A stretch of DNA of 64,000 nt from Candidatus Lindowbacteria bacterium RIFCSPLOWO2_12_FULL_62_27 (GTDB lineage Bacteria > Lindowbacteria > 2-12-FULL-62-27), in contig MFPR01000040.1 of the NCBI GenBank assembly GCA_001784175.1, forward strand, positions 44,955 to 108,954, written 5' to 3'. The translations under genes and the position numbers were made by a program. Positions 36,941-47,600 of this stretch are shown one piece after another; positions within the stretch are counted from its first letter, which is position 1, and the number at the start of each line of letters is the position of its first letter. The notes beneath the pieces were generated by a model, which saw only the letters and a list, made by a program, of their open reading frames with translations, made no database searches and was not told the origin of the DNA.

Positions 36941-39316
36941 ATGAGAAACGACCTGCCAACATTTTTTTTTGGCATCACGAAGAAAGCGCTTACAATACTC
37001 ATACTGTCTGTGGTCGTCCTGTCACGCGCATGGGCGGCCTCCGACTATCTCCACACCATCGGCAACCGCGTGTACGACGAGAACAACACGGAGGTGTTCA
37101 TCACCGGCGTCAACTGGTTTGGATTCGAGACCACCGATTACGTGTTTCATGGTCTGTGGGCCAGAAACATGAACGACATGCTCAATCAGATGGCGGGACT
37201 GAAATTCAACGTCCTGCGCGTGCCGCTGTCGAGTGAGTTCATCAAGAAGGTCCGCACCGGGCAGACGGTGAAGCCCGGCAAGAGCAAGATCAACCGGAAC
37301 GTGAATCCTGATCTGGTGGGGAAAACGTCGATCGAAATCCTCGACATGGCCATCGCCTACTGCCGGACGATCGGCCTCAAGGTCATCCTCGACATGCACC
37401 GAACGCCCGCGTCCGGCATGATCGACCTCTGGTACAACTCGTCGATCACCGAAGAGGACTGGATGCTCAACTGGGAGTGGCTGGCTGGCCGCTACGGAGG
37501 CAACGACGCCGTCATCGGCGCCGACATTTTCAACGAGCCGCACGGCGTCGCGCGCTGGGACGGATCGAACTCGGCCGTGGACTGGCGGCGCGCGGCGCAA
37601 TTGTGCGGCAACCGGGTCATAGCCATCGAACCGAACTGGCTGATTTTCGTCGAAGGCGTCGAGACGCCGGACGGCGCCACCTACGGCTGGTGGGGCGGGA
37701 ACCTCCGCGGCGCCGCCTCGTATCCCGTCACGCTGAGCCGGCCCGACAAGCTCGTCTATTCTCCGCACGAATACGGGCCGGCGGTCTACAATCAGTGGTG
37801 GTTCCATAACGGCAGTTTTTCCTATGACTCACTGATGAGCGAGCACTGGAAACCGAGCTGGCTCTTCATCAACGATCAGGCCGACGTGCATCCCCTCCTG
37901 ATCGGCGAATGGGGCGGCCGCGAATACGACCTCGCGAGCGACAGCGGCCGATGGTTCAACTATCTTGTTCAGCTCATCGCCAACAAGAAACTCAATCACA
38001 CCTTCTGGTGCTGGAACCCCAACAGCGGTGACACCGGCGGCGTCCTGAACGACGACTGGACGACGGTGAACTGGGGAAAATACAACGTCATTCTGGCGAC
38101 CCTGTTCGGCAATGGACTCGGCCATACCGTCGGACTGGGCGGCGGCGCGCCCTGGCCAGGGTTCACTCAAAGCTGGCCCCGGGCCGTCGCATCGACCTAC
38201 GACGGAAACGGGGTGGAGCCGGCGAACGCCATCGACGGCAATTACAGCTCGCGCTGGAGTTCGACCTTCAACGACAATCAGTGGATCTCCATCGACTTTC
38301 AATCGAACCGTTCCTTCGACGGCGTGACGCTGACCTGGGAGGCGGCCTATGGCCGCGCGTATGAAATCCAGGTGTCGGCGGACGGCGCCAACTGGATGAC
38401 CGTGGCGGCCGTGACCGACGGCGACGGCGGACAGGATGTGGTCTCATTTTCGCCGCAGACGGCGCGGTACGTGAAAAAGAAGGGCGTGACGCGGGCGACA
38501 TCGTGGGGATACTCGCTCTATGAGTTTCAGATCAACGAGGTAATCCCCTCCATTTTCCCGATCGTCACCGAATCCTCCTACGAGTCCGCCGACCGGGACG
38601 GCCGCAAGGCCTTCGACGGCAGCATGGGCACGCGGTGGGCCTCAGAGTGGAGCGACCCGCAGTGGATCAAGGCCGATTACGGGACGGAGACGACCTTCAA
38701 CAAAATCACGATCGACTGGGAGTCCGCCTACGGGAAATCCTACGCGGTGGAGATGTCGCACAACAATTTCAACTGGACGCCCGTCTATTCGACCGCGACG
38801 GGTGACGGCGGGCAGGACCTCCTCACGTTCGAGCCGGTCTCTGCGCGGTACGTGCGGCTGTACGGCACCGAACGGGGAACAACGTATGGATATTCGATCT
38901 GGGAAATAAAAATCGAAAACACGATGGCCGCCATCTCCAATCTGGCGCTCGGTCGCACGGCCTACGCCTCCTCCATCGAGGATTCGGGCATGGAACCCAT
39001 CAGCGCCTTCGACGGCAACATCTCCACGCGCTGGGCCTCGCAGTGGTCCGACCCGCAGTGGCTGGCGGTCGACCTCGGGTCGGCGAAGACCGTCAGCCAG
39101 GTGACGCTCGACTGGGAATACGCGTCGGCACGGTCGTACAAAATCCAGGTGTCGCAGGACATGTCGAGCTGGACGGACGTCTACTCGACGACCACAGGCG
39201 ATGGCGGATACGACGATATCACTTTCCCGGCAGTCAGCGTGCGGTACGTGCGGATGTACGGCGCCCAGCGCGCCACGACGTTCGGGTACTCGCTGTGGGA
39301 GATGCAAGTACGGTGA
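36941..39316 (+). CDS. Exported GH5 (subfamily 1-like endoglucanase) + three F5/8 domains
   Basis: GVNWFGFET, acid/base motif IFNEPH, YSPHEYGP, nucleophile motif LIGEWGG and WCWNPNSGDTGG; RBS GGAGG. Confidence 0.9.
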   Translation: MRNDLPTFFFGITKKALTILILSVVVLSRAWAASDYLHTIGNRVYDENNTEVFITGVNWFGFETTDYVFHGLWARNMNDMLNQMAGLKFNVLRVPLSSEFIKKVRTGQTVKPGKSKINRNVNPDLVGKTSIEILDMAIAYCRTIGLKVILDMHRTPASGMIDLWYNSSITEEDWMLNWEWLAGRYGGNDAVIGADIFNEPHGVARWDGSNSAVDWRRAAQLCGNRVIAIEPNWLIFVEGVETPDGATYGWWGGNLRGAASYPVTLSRPDKLVYSPHEYGPAVYNQWWFHNGSFSYDSLMSEHWKPSWLFINDQADVHPLLIGEWGGREYDLASDSGRWFNYLVQLIANKKLNHTFWCWNPNSGDTGGVLNDDWTTVNWGKYNVILATLFGNGLGHTVGLGGGAPWPGFTQSWPRAVASTYDGNGVEPANAIDGNYSSRWSSTFNDNQWISIDFQSNRSFDGVTLTWEAAYGRAYEIQVSADGANWMTVAAVTDGDGGQDVVSFSPQTARYVKKKGVTRATSWGYSLYEFQINEVIPSIFPIVTESSYESADRDGRKAFDGSMGTRWASEWSDPQWIKADYGTETTFNKITIDWESAYGKSYAVEMSHNNFNWTPVYSTATGDGGQDLLTFEPVSARYVRLYGTERGTTYGYSIWEIKIENTMAAISNLALGRTAYASSIEDSGMEPISAFDGNISTRWASQWSDPQWLAVDLGSAKTVSQVTLDWEYASARSYKIQVSQDMSSWTDVYSTTTGDGGYDDITFPAVSVRYVRMYGAQRATTFGYSLWEMQVR

Positions 39317-41937
39317 AAAAAGACGCGGGCGGCAGGGTTCGCGATTCCGGAGAGTGGATAATCGGTGTCGGGCTGATCCTGGTTGCGGCCGGATTTCTCG
39401 CTCTGTTCCTCTTATTTGTCGGCGCCCGGCAGGCCCACGCGGCCCTCAGCAAATCCTCGCCGGCCGGCGAGGAGGTCTGGCGGCTGAATTGCGGCGGAGC
39501 GAATTACGATTATACGGATCCCGCCGGCAACTGGTGGACGAGGGATGAGGCCTTTGCGTCCCTCTACCGCTGGGGCTATGCCAACGGATCAAATCGCTCG
39601 ACGGGGAACGCGATCTCCGGGACGACTCAGGGGCCCGTCTATCAGGACTGCCGCGAGGGCGGGACGACGTTGTCGTACAAAATCGAAGTACCGAACGGCA
39701 CGTACCGGGTGAGGCTCATGCTGGCGGAACTGCGCTGGACGGCCGCCGGAAAGAGGAAATTCAACATCGCGCTCGAGGGAACGACCCTGTGGACCAACGT
39801 CGATCCGTACGCACTGGCGGGCGGCCGGCACAAGGCGGTGGACTTGACGGCCGACGTGACGGTTAGCGACGGAGTGCTGGACGTGACGTTTCCGGCCGTG
39901 TACGCAGACAAGGCGTGCCTGAACGGGATCGAGATCAGGCCGCTCGGCGTGCCCGACGGCGCGTTTCTGGATTTCATTCAGAAAAAGATGTTCTGGTATT
40001 TCTGGAACGAAGCCGACGTCCAGACCGGGCTGGTCAAATCGACGGAGAACAACTGGAAAACCGGATACGGCACCGTGTCGAGCATCGCCGTCGACGGGTT
40101 TGCCCTCTCGGTCTACACGGTCGCCGCCGAACGCGGCTGGATCACGCGGCAGACGGCGTACGACCGTGTCATGAAAATGCTGACCTCGTTCGAAACGCGC
40201 CTCCAGAACGTCCACGGATTCTGGTATCACTTCGTCAACATCGGCACCGGCGCGCGCGAGATGAACAGCGAAGTCTCCACCGTCGATTCGGCGCTCTTCA
40301 TTCTCGGCGCGATTCAGGCCGGCCGGTATTTCTTGAGCGACCATCCGGATGTCTGGGCGAAAGCGGACCTCCTGTACCGCCGGATGGACTGGACGTGGTT
40401 TATGAACATCGGCAGTGACTGGCAGAAGCGGTTCGTGAACATGGGATGGAAACCGGAAAACGACGGGTATTCCTATATCATCTCCAGCGGTCGGCCCGAA
40501 GGCGGGTTTTTCTGCAACGACTGGTGGAACCGGTACAGCGAATCGATTTTCGTCACGCTTCTTGCGCTCGGATCTCCGACGCACTCGATCGGCCCGGCGG
40601 CTTGGACCGACATGGGTCGATGGTGGGCCGAGGCGTTCGGATACCGGTTCATCCAAGAACCGCCGCTCTTCACGCACCAGTACCACCATCTCTACATCGA
40701 TCTGCGAAACATCCACGACGGCGGCGCCGACTATTTCGAAAACAGCGTCCGGGCGGCGCAGACCAACCGCTTGACGTGCGTGACGGACGCGCAGGCGCGA
40801 TACGAGCCGGACCGCTGGGGCCTGACGGCCTGCGTCGGGCCGGACGGCGCCTATCACGCGTATGGCGGGTCGCCGGGCGGATCCCATGACGGCACGGTGG
40901 CGCCGACGGCTGCCGTGACCTCGGTGATGCTGACCCCGGCCGAATCGATCCGCGCGGCGCGGTACATGTTTTTCCAGTACAAGCATCACATCTGGGGCCG
41001 GTACGGGTTCACGGACGCGTTCAACGTCGGTCAAACCTGGAGAAGCCAGTTCGTGGACGGCCTCAATCAAGCGCCGATGATTCTGGCGATCGAAAACTAC
41101 AACGCCGGCCTCGTGCGAAACACGTTCATGAGCAATCCCTACATTCAGTCCGCCCTGGCGTTGGCGGGCTTCAAACCGTTTTCGGAAGAGCCGTTGGTGT
41201 CGTCGTCGACCTTCGAAGCGCCCGAACGAAACGGCGCGAAGGCGTTCGACGGGGATCCGAACACGCGGTGGGCCTCGCAGTGGTCCGACCCGCAGTGGCT
41301 CGAGATCGATTACGGGGGCGGGCGCACCTTCAATCAGGCAACGATCGACTGGGAATACGCGCATGGCCGGTCCTACAAGATCCAGTCCTCCTCGGACGGC
41401 GCGACCTGGGTCGATGCGTTCTCGACGTCGTCCGGAGACGGCGGTCAGGATGCGGCGGCGTTCGGCGAGATGACCGGCAGATTCTGGCGTCTCTATGGAA
41501 CGGAGCGCGGGACGCCGTACGGCTACTCGATCTGGGAAATGAAATACGAACACTCAGTCAATCTGGCGCTCAACAAAGTGGTGGCGGCATCCTCGATCGA
41601 AGACTCCGGCATGGAGCCGGCCCGCGCGGTGGATGGAGACTTGGGCACGCGGTGGGCTTCGCAGTGGAGCGACGCGCAATGGATATGGGTGGATCTCGGC
41701 TCGCCGCAGGCCATCCGCCGGGTGACCCTGCACTGGGAATACGCCTATGGGAAGGACTACACCCTCCAGACGTCGGACGACAGCTTCAACTGGACGACCC
41801 GCGCGACGATCGTGGGGGGTGACGGCGGCGTGGATGAGGTGCCGCTGGCGGGTGTGACCGCGCGATACGTGCGGATGGATGGCACGCGCCGCGGCACGCC
41901 GTACGGTTACTCACTGTGGGAATTTCAGGTTCAATAA
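39313..41937 (+). CDS. Exported malectin + GH144-like + two F5/8 domains (paralog 2 of 31495-34107)
   Basis: GTG 39313 overlaps the previous TGA; co-linear with paralog 1 from ALSKSSPxGEEVWR to YSLWExQVQ. Confidence 0.85.
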   Translation: MKKDAGGRVRDSGEWIIGVGLILVAAGFLALFLLFVGARQAHAALSKSSPAGEEVWRLNCGGANYDYTDPAGNWWTRDEAFASLYRWGYANGSNRSTGNAISGTTQGPVYQDCREGGTTLSYKIEVPNGTYRVRLMLAELRWTAAGKRKFNIALEGTTLWTNVDPYALAGGRHKAVDLTADVTVSDGVLDVTFPAVYADKACLNGIEIRPLGVPDGAFLDFIQKKMFWYFWNEADVQTGLVKSTENNWKTGYGTVSSIAVDGFALSVYTVAAERGWITRQTAYDRVMKMLTSFETRLQNVHGFWYHFVNIGTGAREMNSEVSTVDSALFILGAIQAGRYFLSDHPDVWAKADLLYRRMDWTWFMNIGSDWQKRFVNMGWKPENDGYSYIISSGRPEGGFFCNDWWNRYSESIFVTLLALGSPTHSIGPAAWTDMGRWWAEAFGYRFIQEPPLFTHQYHHLYIDLRNIHDGGADYFENSVRAAQTNRLTCVTDAQARYEPDRWGLTACVGPDGAYHAYGGSPGGSHDGTVAPTAAVTSVMLTPAESIRAARYMFFQYKHHIWGRYGFTDAFNVGQTWRSQFVDGLNQAPMILAIENYNAGLVRNTFMSNPYIQSALALAGFKPFSEEPLVSSSTFEAPERNGAKAFDGDPNTRWASQWSDPQWLEIDYGGGRTFNQATIDWEYAHGRSYKIQSSSDGATWVDAFSTSSGDGGQDAAAFGEMTGRFWRLYGTERGTPYGYSIWEMKYEHSVNLALNKVVAASSIEDSGMEPARAVDGDLGTRWASQWSDAQWIWVDLGSPQAIRRVTLHWEYAYGKDYTLQTSDDSFNWTTRATIVGGDGGVDEVPLAGVTARYVRMDGTRRGTPYGYSLWEFQVQ

Positions 41938-42003
41938 GACGATCGGCAACCCCTTGATTTCTCTCCTCGGAGTGTGTTTGATGCACGGGTGACCAAATAT
42001 CCG

Positions 42004-44433
42004 ATGACCCTACGAACCATTCTCCGTCTGACGATCTGGATGGCCGCATTCGGTCTCTGCCTCTTTTATCCGACCGGCGCATCGGCAGATCGAGGCAAGA
42101 GAATCGTTGTGACAATGGAGGCGGTTTCTCAAGGGGCGGTCGAATTCTTCAGCACCCTGTCGACGGTGGATTTTCGGATGTCACCCGTACGGCCGCCGAA
42201 ACTCCGTGAAGAGCCGCCGACCGGGGGACGCATGAAACAGTTTGGCGCGCTCCGGCTTGGAACGGAACAGGCGGAATTTGCGGTCATGGAAGACGTGATC
42301 GCCGAACCCTTGCTGATCGATCTTGTCCCGTCGCCCGAGTCGCAGGCGATGCGCGTGACGGGGCTTGGAAGGCGGTTTCTGCCTAGTTTGAAGGATTTTC
42401 GGTCTTATCGGGCGTTTCCAACCCGCCTCCTCAATTCGGACTGGGAAGTCGAAGCGACCTTTGCGGGGAACGCTTCGGGGGCCGCCGATCCCGTCGTGGT
42501 CCGCAACAAAAATGACGGTGGACGGGTGGCCGTCCTTTACCAAACCGACAACGACAGTCTTCCGCGCGCCGCGGTTCTTCGCGAGTTTTTTACCCGCTGG
42601 GCGCCGACCGTTGCGCCGCTCGCCAAAATGGACATCGCGCTGTACATCGATCAAACGTGGTGGATTTCAAAGCCTGCGGCCGTGCGCGTCGCAAAGAACC
42701 TGATCCGGTCTCTGCAAAAAATAGTGAGGAGCATCGCAATCGTTTCGGAAGAAGATATGCCGGCGTGGGCGCAGCGAAACACGGGCGACGGCGACTTCGA
42801 TGTCCTCGCGCTCTTTGGAGATTTCCCTCAATCGATCTATCCGTCCAACAACACCCAGCCGGACGGTTCGCCGGCGGAGCGCTTTCTCGAGGATGGCAAC
42901 ATGATTCTCAACACGGCGGACTACATTTTTTGGGGTCAGGGACGAAACGCCGCCGAGGGACTCATCCACATGATGGACAACCCGGGCAAGACCGACCTGT
43001 ATGTGGACCGGGACGCGGACGGCGTCCTGACGGCGGCCGACCGGGTGGAATGGTCGCCGTGGACAAAAAGTGACAGAGTCCTGGCGGGGTCTGCGGTATT
43101 GAGTGTGCCATACAGGATCGGCAAGAACGCGTCGAATTTGCCGTGCGGAATCCAGTTCATCCGGCGTCCAGGCGACGGGACTCTGCGGCCGCTTATCATT
43201 CCAGACTATTACCGCCGGGGCGCCGTCAAATTGGGAACTCAAACGTATACGGTCGCGCTCAGAAACGCTGCGGGCGATGGGCTTTTCAACCGGATGGAGG
43301 GGAATGCCAATCGCGTGTCGATCGATCTCAACAGGAACGGGAAAATTGAAGCGGACGTGGAGGAACGGGATCTCTCCCAGTATTTTGTGATCGGGGACCG
43401 GACATATCAGGTGGCGGACATCACGCCGGATGGACTGAAACTGACGTTTGTCGAACGGCGGTTCGGGGATTCCGAACGCAAAACTTCCCGACGCCCGTCC
43501 AAACCGGCCTATCCGGTTACGTTTCGGTTTACATTTGCCGGCGCCAAACAGGTCTACCTGCTTGGATCCTTTAACGACTGGGACCCCTCCAGAGCTTCGG
43601 CCATGCGATTTCGCAAAGGGGAGTGGACCGCGACGCTGAATCTTGACACAGGCATTTATGCCTACAAATTCAAAGTCACTTCCGACTCGCCGCTTCCGGA
43701 CGACGGATGGATGCGCGATCCGGGAAATCCCCTGGTCGCCGAAAACCAGTTTGGGACATTGAATTCACTGGTGGCGGTTCCGCCCGGTTTCAAACCGGAC
43801 ACCGGGGCGCTCCTCGCCGCTTTCCGCGAGGCCCTCAAGGACGAGGTTGAGGCGCTCGGAAATATCGTAGGCTATCATCTGGCGCAAAACGACGTTCCTG
43901 CGGCAGAGCGGACATACAACCGGATCCGGCAGTCGATGGATGAGGACTTGAGCGAACACGCCGGCCGCATGGTCTGGACGGCCAAACAGCGGGAGAAAAA
44001 GCGGAAATACACAGCCCGGGAGGCGCCGGACATTCGCGGCACGACGCTGGCCGGCCGCCCTCTGGCGCTCTCCGATTTTCGAGGGAAAATCGTGCTGATT
44101 GATTTCTGGGCAACCTGGTGCGGGCCGTGCATGTACGAACTTCCGAACGTGAAAAGAATCTACGAGACCTACAAAGACAGCGGACTGGCGGTCATCGGCA
44201 TCGGCCTCGACCATGACACGGATCAACTCAATAAAACGATCAAGGACAAATCGATTCCCTGGCCGCAGATGTTTGACGGCAAGGCCTGGGAAGGCCCGCT
44301 GGTCAAAGCCTACGGAGTCGACGGCATTCCCGCGACCTATCTGCTCAATTCGAGCGGCCAAATCGTCGCGATGGATTTAAGAGGCGGGGAGCTGGAAAAG
44401 AAAATTGGAGAGATGCTCGAGGGTATTAAATAG
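42004..44433 (+). CDS. Exported multidomain TlpA-family thiol-disulfide oxidoreductase with a CBM48/glycogen-binding-like domain
   Basis: Signal peptide; AKQVYLLGSFNDW...GIYAYKF...WMRDPGNP; C-terminal DFWATWCGPC...GIPATYLL. Confidence 0.75.
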   Translation: MTLRTILRLTIWMAAFGLCLFYPTGASADRGKRIVVTMEAVSQGAVEFFSTLSTVDFRMSPVRPPKLREEPPTGGRMKQFGALRLGTEQAEFAVMEDVIAEPLLIDLVPSPESQAMRVTGLGRRFLPSLKDFRSYRAFPTRLLNSDWEVEATFAGNASGAADPVVVRNKNDGGRVAVLYQTDNDSLPRAAVLREFFTRWAPTVAPLAKMDIALYIDQTWWISKPAAVRVAKNLIRSLQKIVRSIAIVSEEDMPAWAQRNTGDGDFDVLALFGDFPQSIYPSNNTQPDGSPAERFLEDGNMILNTADYIFWGQGRNAAEGLIHMMDNPGKTDLYVDRDADGVLTAADRVEWSPWTKSDRVLAGSAVLSVPYRIGKNASNLPCGIQFIRRPGDGTLRPLIIPDYYRRGAVKLGTQTYTVALRNAAGDGLFNRMEGNANRVSIDLNRNGKIEADVEERDLSQYFVIGDRTYQVADITPDGLKLTFVERRFGDSERKTSRRPSKPAYPVTFRFTFAGAKQVYLLGSFNDWDPSRASAMRFRKGEWTATLNLDTGIYAYKFKVTSDSPLPDDGWMRDPGNPLVAENQFGTLNSLVAVPPGFKPDTGALLAAFREALKDEVEALGNIVGYHLAQNDVPAAERTYNRIRQSMDEDLSEHAGRMVWTAKQREKKRKYTAREAPDIRGTTLAGRPLALSDFRGKIVLIDFWATWCGPCMYELPNVKRIYETYKDSGLAVIGIGLDHDTDQLNKTIKDKSIPWPQMFDGKAWEGPLVKAYGVDGIPATYLLNSSGQIVAMDLRGGELEKKIGEMLEGIK

Positions 44434-44513
44434 GGAGATCATCACCCGCGAAAATTCTGCATGTGGTAACAATCGCAATAACAGGTAGTTAAAGGCTTTT
44501 CGTTTTGGCGGCC

Positions 44514-44548
44514 TTGACTTTGTGTGCTACATGGTGTAAACGCTTACA
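44514..44548 (+). promoter_or_regulatory. -35 box TTGACT with a LacI-type operator TGTAAACGCTTACA over the -10 region
   Basis: TTGACT at 44514-44519; operator at 44535-44548; second operator TGAAAGCGCTTTCA at 44671-44684. Confidence 0.6.
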
Positions 44549-44666
44549 TGAGGGTCGGGAACGTGTCGGTCAAAATCGAGAGGTCGGGTCTGACAACTTT
44601 TGAAATTGAATAGATCGGGTTGGGACGCTGTCTTTTAGAAACGACAAAAAGAGATTAAAGGAGATT

Positions 44667-47600
44667 ATGATGAAAGCGCTTTCAACAACGAGGTATCCGG
44701 AAATCCGATGGGCGACGATTGGGCTGGTCAGTGCACTCATACTTTCCTGCTGGTTTTGTATCGCCTATGCTTCTCCGAATCTGGCGTTGAACAAGTCCGT
44801 CACCGTGTCGAGCGCGGAAGGCGGGAACGTCGGATCGAACGCGGTCGATGGGAATTCCGGAACCCGCTGGAGCAGCGATTTCAGGGATCCGCAATGGATA
44901 CGGGTGGACCTCGGGTCGACGGCGGCGGTCAACCGCGTTGTTCTGAACTGGGAGGCGGCCTACGGGCGGGAGTATCGGATTCAGGCTTCTTCCAACGGCG
45001 TCGATTTTACGGACATCCTCTATATTAATAATGGCGATGGCGGATTTGACGACCTCGGGTTTGCTCCGGTTCAAACGCGATATGTCCGGTTGTACGGGAT
45101 CGCGCGCGGCACGCCCTGGGGATACTCGCTGTGGGAGCTCGAAGTCTACGTCGATGACGAGTCGCCGGCCGCGCCCGTCGTGAACGCGACGTCGGCGTGG
45201 TCGAACATCGAGATGGAGGCGCGGACGATCAGCGGGACGGTGGAGCCGAACGCGACGGTGATCCCGTACGTAGAGGTGTTCGGGTCGTCGTACGAGCAGA
45301 CGAACGTGCAGGCGGGCGGCGACGGCAACTGGAGCGCGCCGGTGAACATCTGGGGACCGGACGGGACGGAGTTCAAAGTCTACGCGGCCGCGCGGGACGC
45401 GGCCGGCAACTGGAGTGGGCGGTCGAACGAGCAGATCATCCGAAAAGATTTGTCGGCGCCGGCGGCGCCCGTCGTGAACGTGACCTCGGCGTGGTCGAAC
45501 GTGGAGCAGGAGGCGCGGACGATCAGCGGGACGGCGGAGGCGAACGCGACCGTGATCCCGTACGTCGAGGTGTTCGGATCGTCGTATGAGCAGACGAACG
45601 CGCAGGCGGGACCCGACGGGACCTGGAGCGCGACGGTGAACATCTGGGGTCCGCACGGGACGGAGTTCAAAGTATATGCGGCGGCGAGGGACGCGGCCGG
45701 CCACTGGAGCGGGCGGTCGAGCGATCAGACGATTCGAAAAGACCTCCTCGCGCCGGCGACGCCTCTTCTTTATCCGATGTCGCCCTGGTCCACCACTGAA
45801 AACGAGGTCCGGATTATCTCGGGCCGCGCTGAGCCTTACACGACGATCGTTCCGTATGTTTCGGTTCTCGGCAACGGCACCTTCGAGCAGACGAGCGTGC
45901 GGGCCGACACGAGCGGTTCGTGGCTGGCCACGGTCAATCTGTTCGGGCCTGACGCATCTGAATTTGATATTTATGTTCAGGCCTTGGACGACGCGGGCAA
46001 CGCCAGCCCCCGCTCGAACTTGGATCACGTCCGCAAGGATGTCTCGGCCCCGGCCGCGCCGGAGGTGTTCGCGACATCGGAGTGGTCGAACATCGAGAAC
46101 GAGGCGCGGACCATCAGCGGCGTCACGGAACCTTACGCGACGGTCGCGCCGTTTGTAGAAGTGGTCGGCATCGGCACGTGGGAACAGGCGAACGTTGCGG
46201 CCGACGCGTTCGGCGCCTGGAGCGCCTCCGTCAATATCTGGGGGCCCGACGCCACCGAGTTTCATATCTACGGCGTCGCCAAAGACGCGGCCGGCAATGT
46301 CGGGCCGCGGTCGAACGCGCTGACCGTCCGCAAGGACCTCGTCGCGCCGGTCATCACGATCGATGCGGTCGAAAGCCCGACCGATCAGGACGTGACGCTG
46401 CGGTATACGGTGGTGGACGCCAACCCGACGGCCGTCACGGGAGACAACAGTCCCTACACGGCCGAGGGCGAGCACACCGCGACGCTGACCGCGACCGACG
46501 CGGCCGGAAACAGTTCGAGCGCGTCCATCACGTTCGTCATCCATCGCGCGCCTCCGCCGCCGGTCGACGGCGCCGCGCCGGTGACGACGCTTTCCATCGA
46601 TCTCATCAACGAATCCACCAAGACCGCGATCTCGCAGAGCCTGGTGACGCTGAGCGCAGAGGACGCCGCGGGCGAGGGCGCCTCGGGCGTGGCGGCGATC
46701 GAGTTCCGGTTTGACGACGGCGCATTTCTGAACTACGCCGGCGCATTCACTCTGGAGGGGTTGGCCTTGGGCGCGCACACGCTGGAGTACCGGAGCCGCG
46801 ACGTGGCCGGCAATGTCGAGACGGCGCACCGGCTGGAGTTCAGCGTGGCCGACGCGCTGGCGATTTCGCGACAGACCAACGAGGGCATCGCGCCGAACCT
46901 CCTCGTGTGGCTGAACTACCGGGAGGGCAAGGGATCGAACAGCGGCAAGCTCTTTGCGGATGGTGAGGATGAGGTCGACGTGGCGCTCCTCGATCAGGTT
47001 CTGGCGGACGCCGGCGCGCTGTCGGTCACGAAGGTCGTGTCGCGCCAGGATTACGTCAAGGCGCTGCGCAGCGGCGATTACAACGCGTATCTCATTTTGG
47101 GCAACCGGTCGAACTCAAAGAACGCCGGCACGTACGACGAGGAGCTTCGCGAGCGCGTGCGCCGCGGAGAAGCGGTGGTGGCATCATTCTGGCGGAGCGG
47201 CCGGCTGGCCGACGCGCGGGTGGAGGGCCGCAGTGTGTGGGGCGCGCTGGTGCGCGACGGCAAGACCGGGAAGCGCGATCTGACCGCGACGTTTTTCGGC
47301 GGCAACCTCGTGGCGGACACGCTGTCGATCCAAGCCGACGGCAAGACGCGGCGGGTGAGTCTGAGCGCCAAGGATCAGAGTCCGGACGTGTCCGTGATCG
47401 GCGTCGTCGACTGCGGCGCCGGCGCTCCGGACGACGAGTGCGAGGACCCGGACGGCGGCGATGACGACGAGTGCGGCGACGACGACGGCTGCGGGGACGA
47501 CGGCCCTGAAATCCAAAATCCAAAATCCAAAATCCAAAATCTCAATCAGAGCGTGGCCGTGAGCAACTCGTATCATCAGGGGCGCGCCGTTTACGTGCCG

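Noticed and set aside
17871-41937. Duplicated genes as a diversity-generating retroelement TR/VR pair
   Set aside because: Differences are not adenine-specific, they span whole genes, and no reverse transcriptase is present.
9531-47541. Dispersed short repeats as a CRISPR array
   Set aside because: There is no regular repeat-spacer periodicity and no cas gene.
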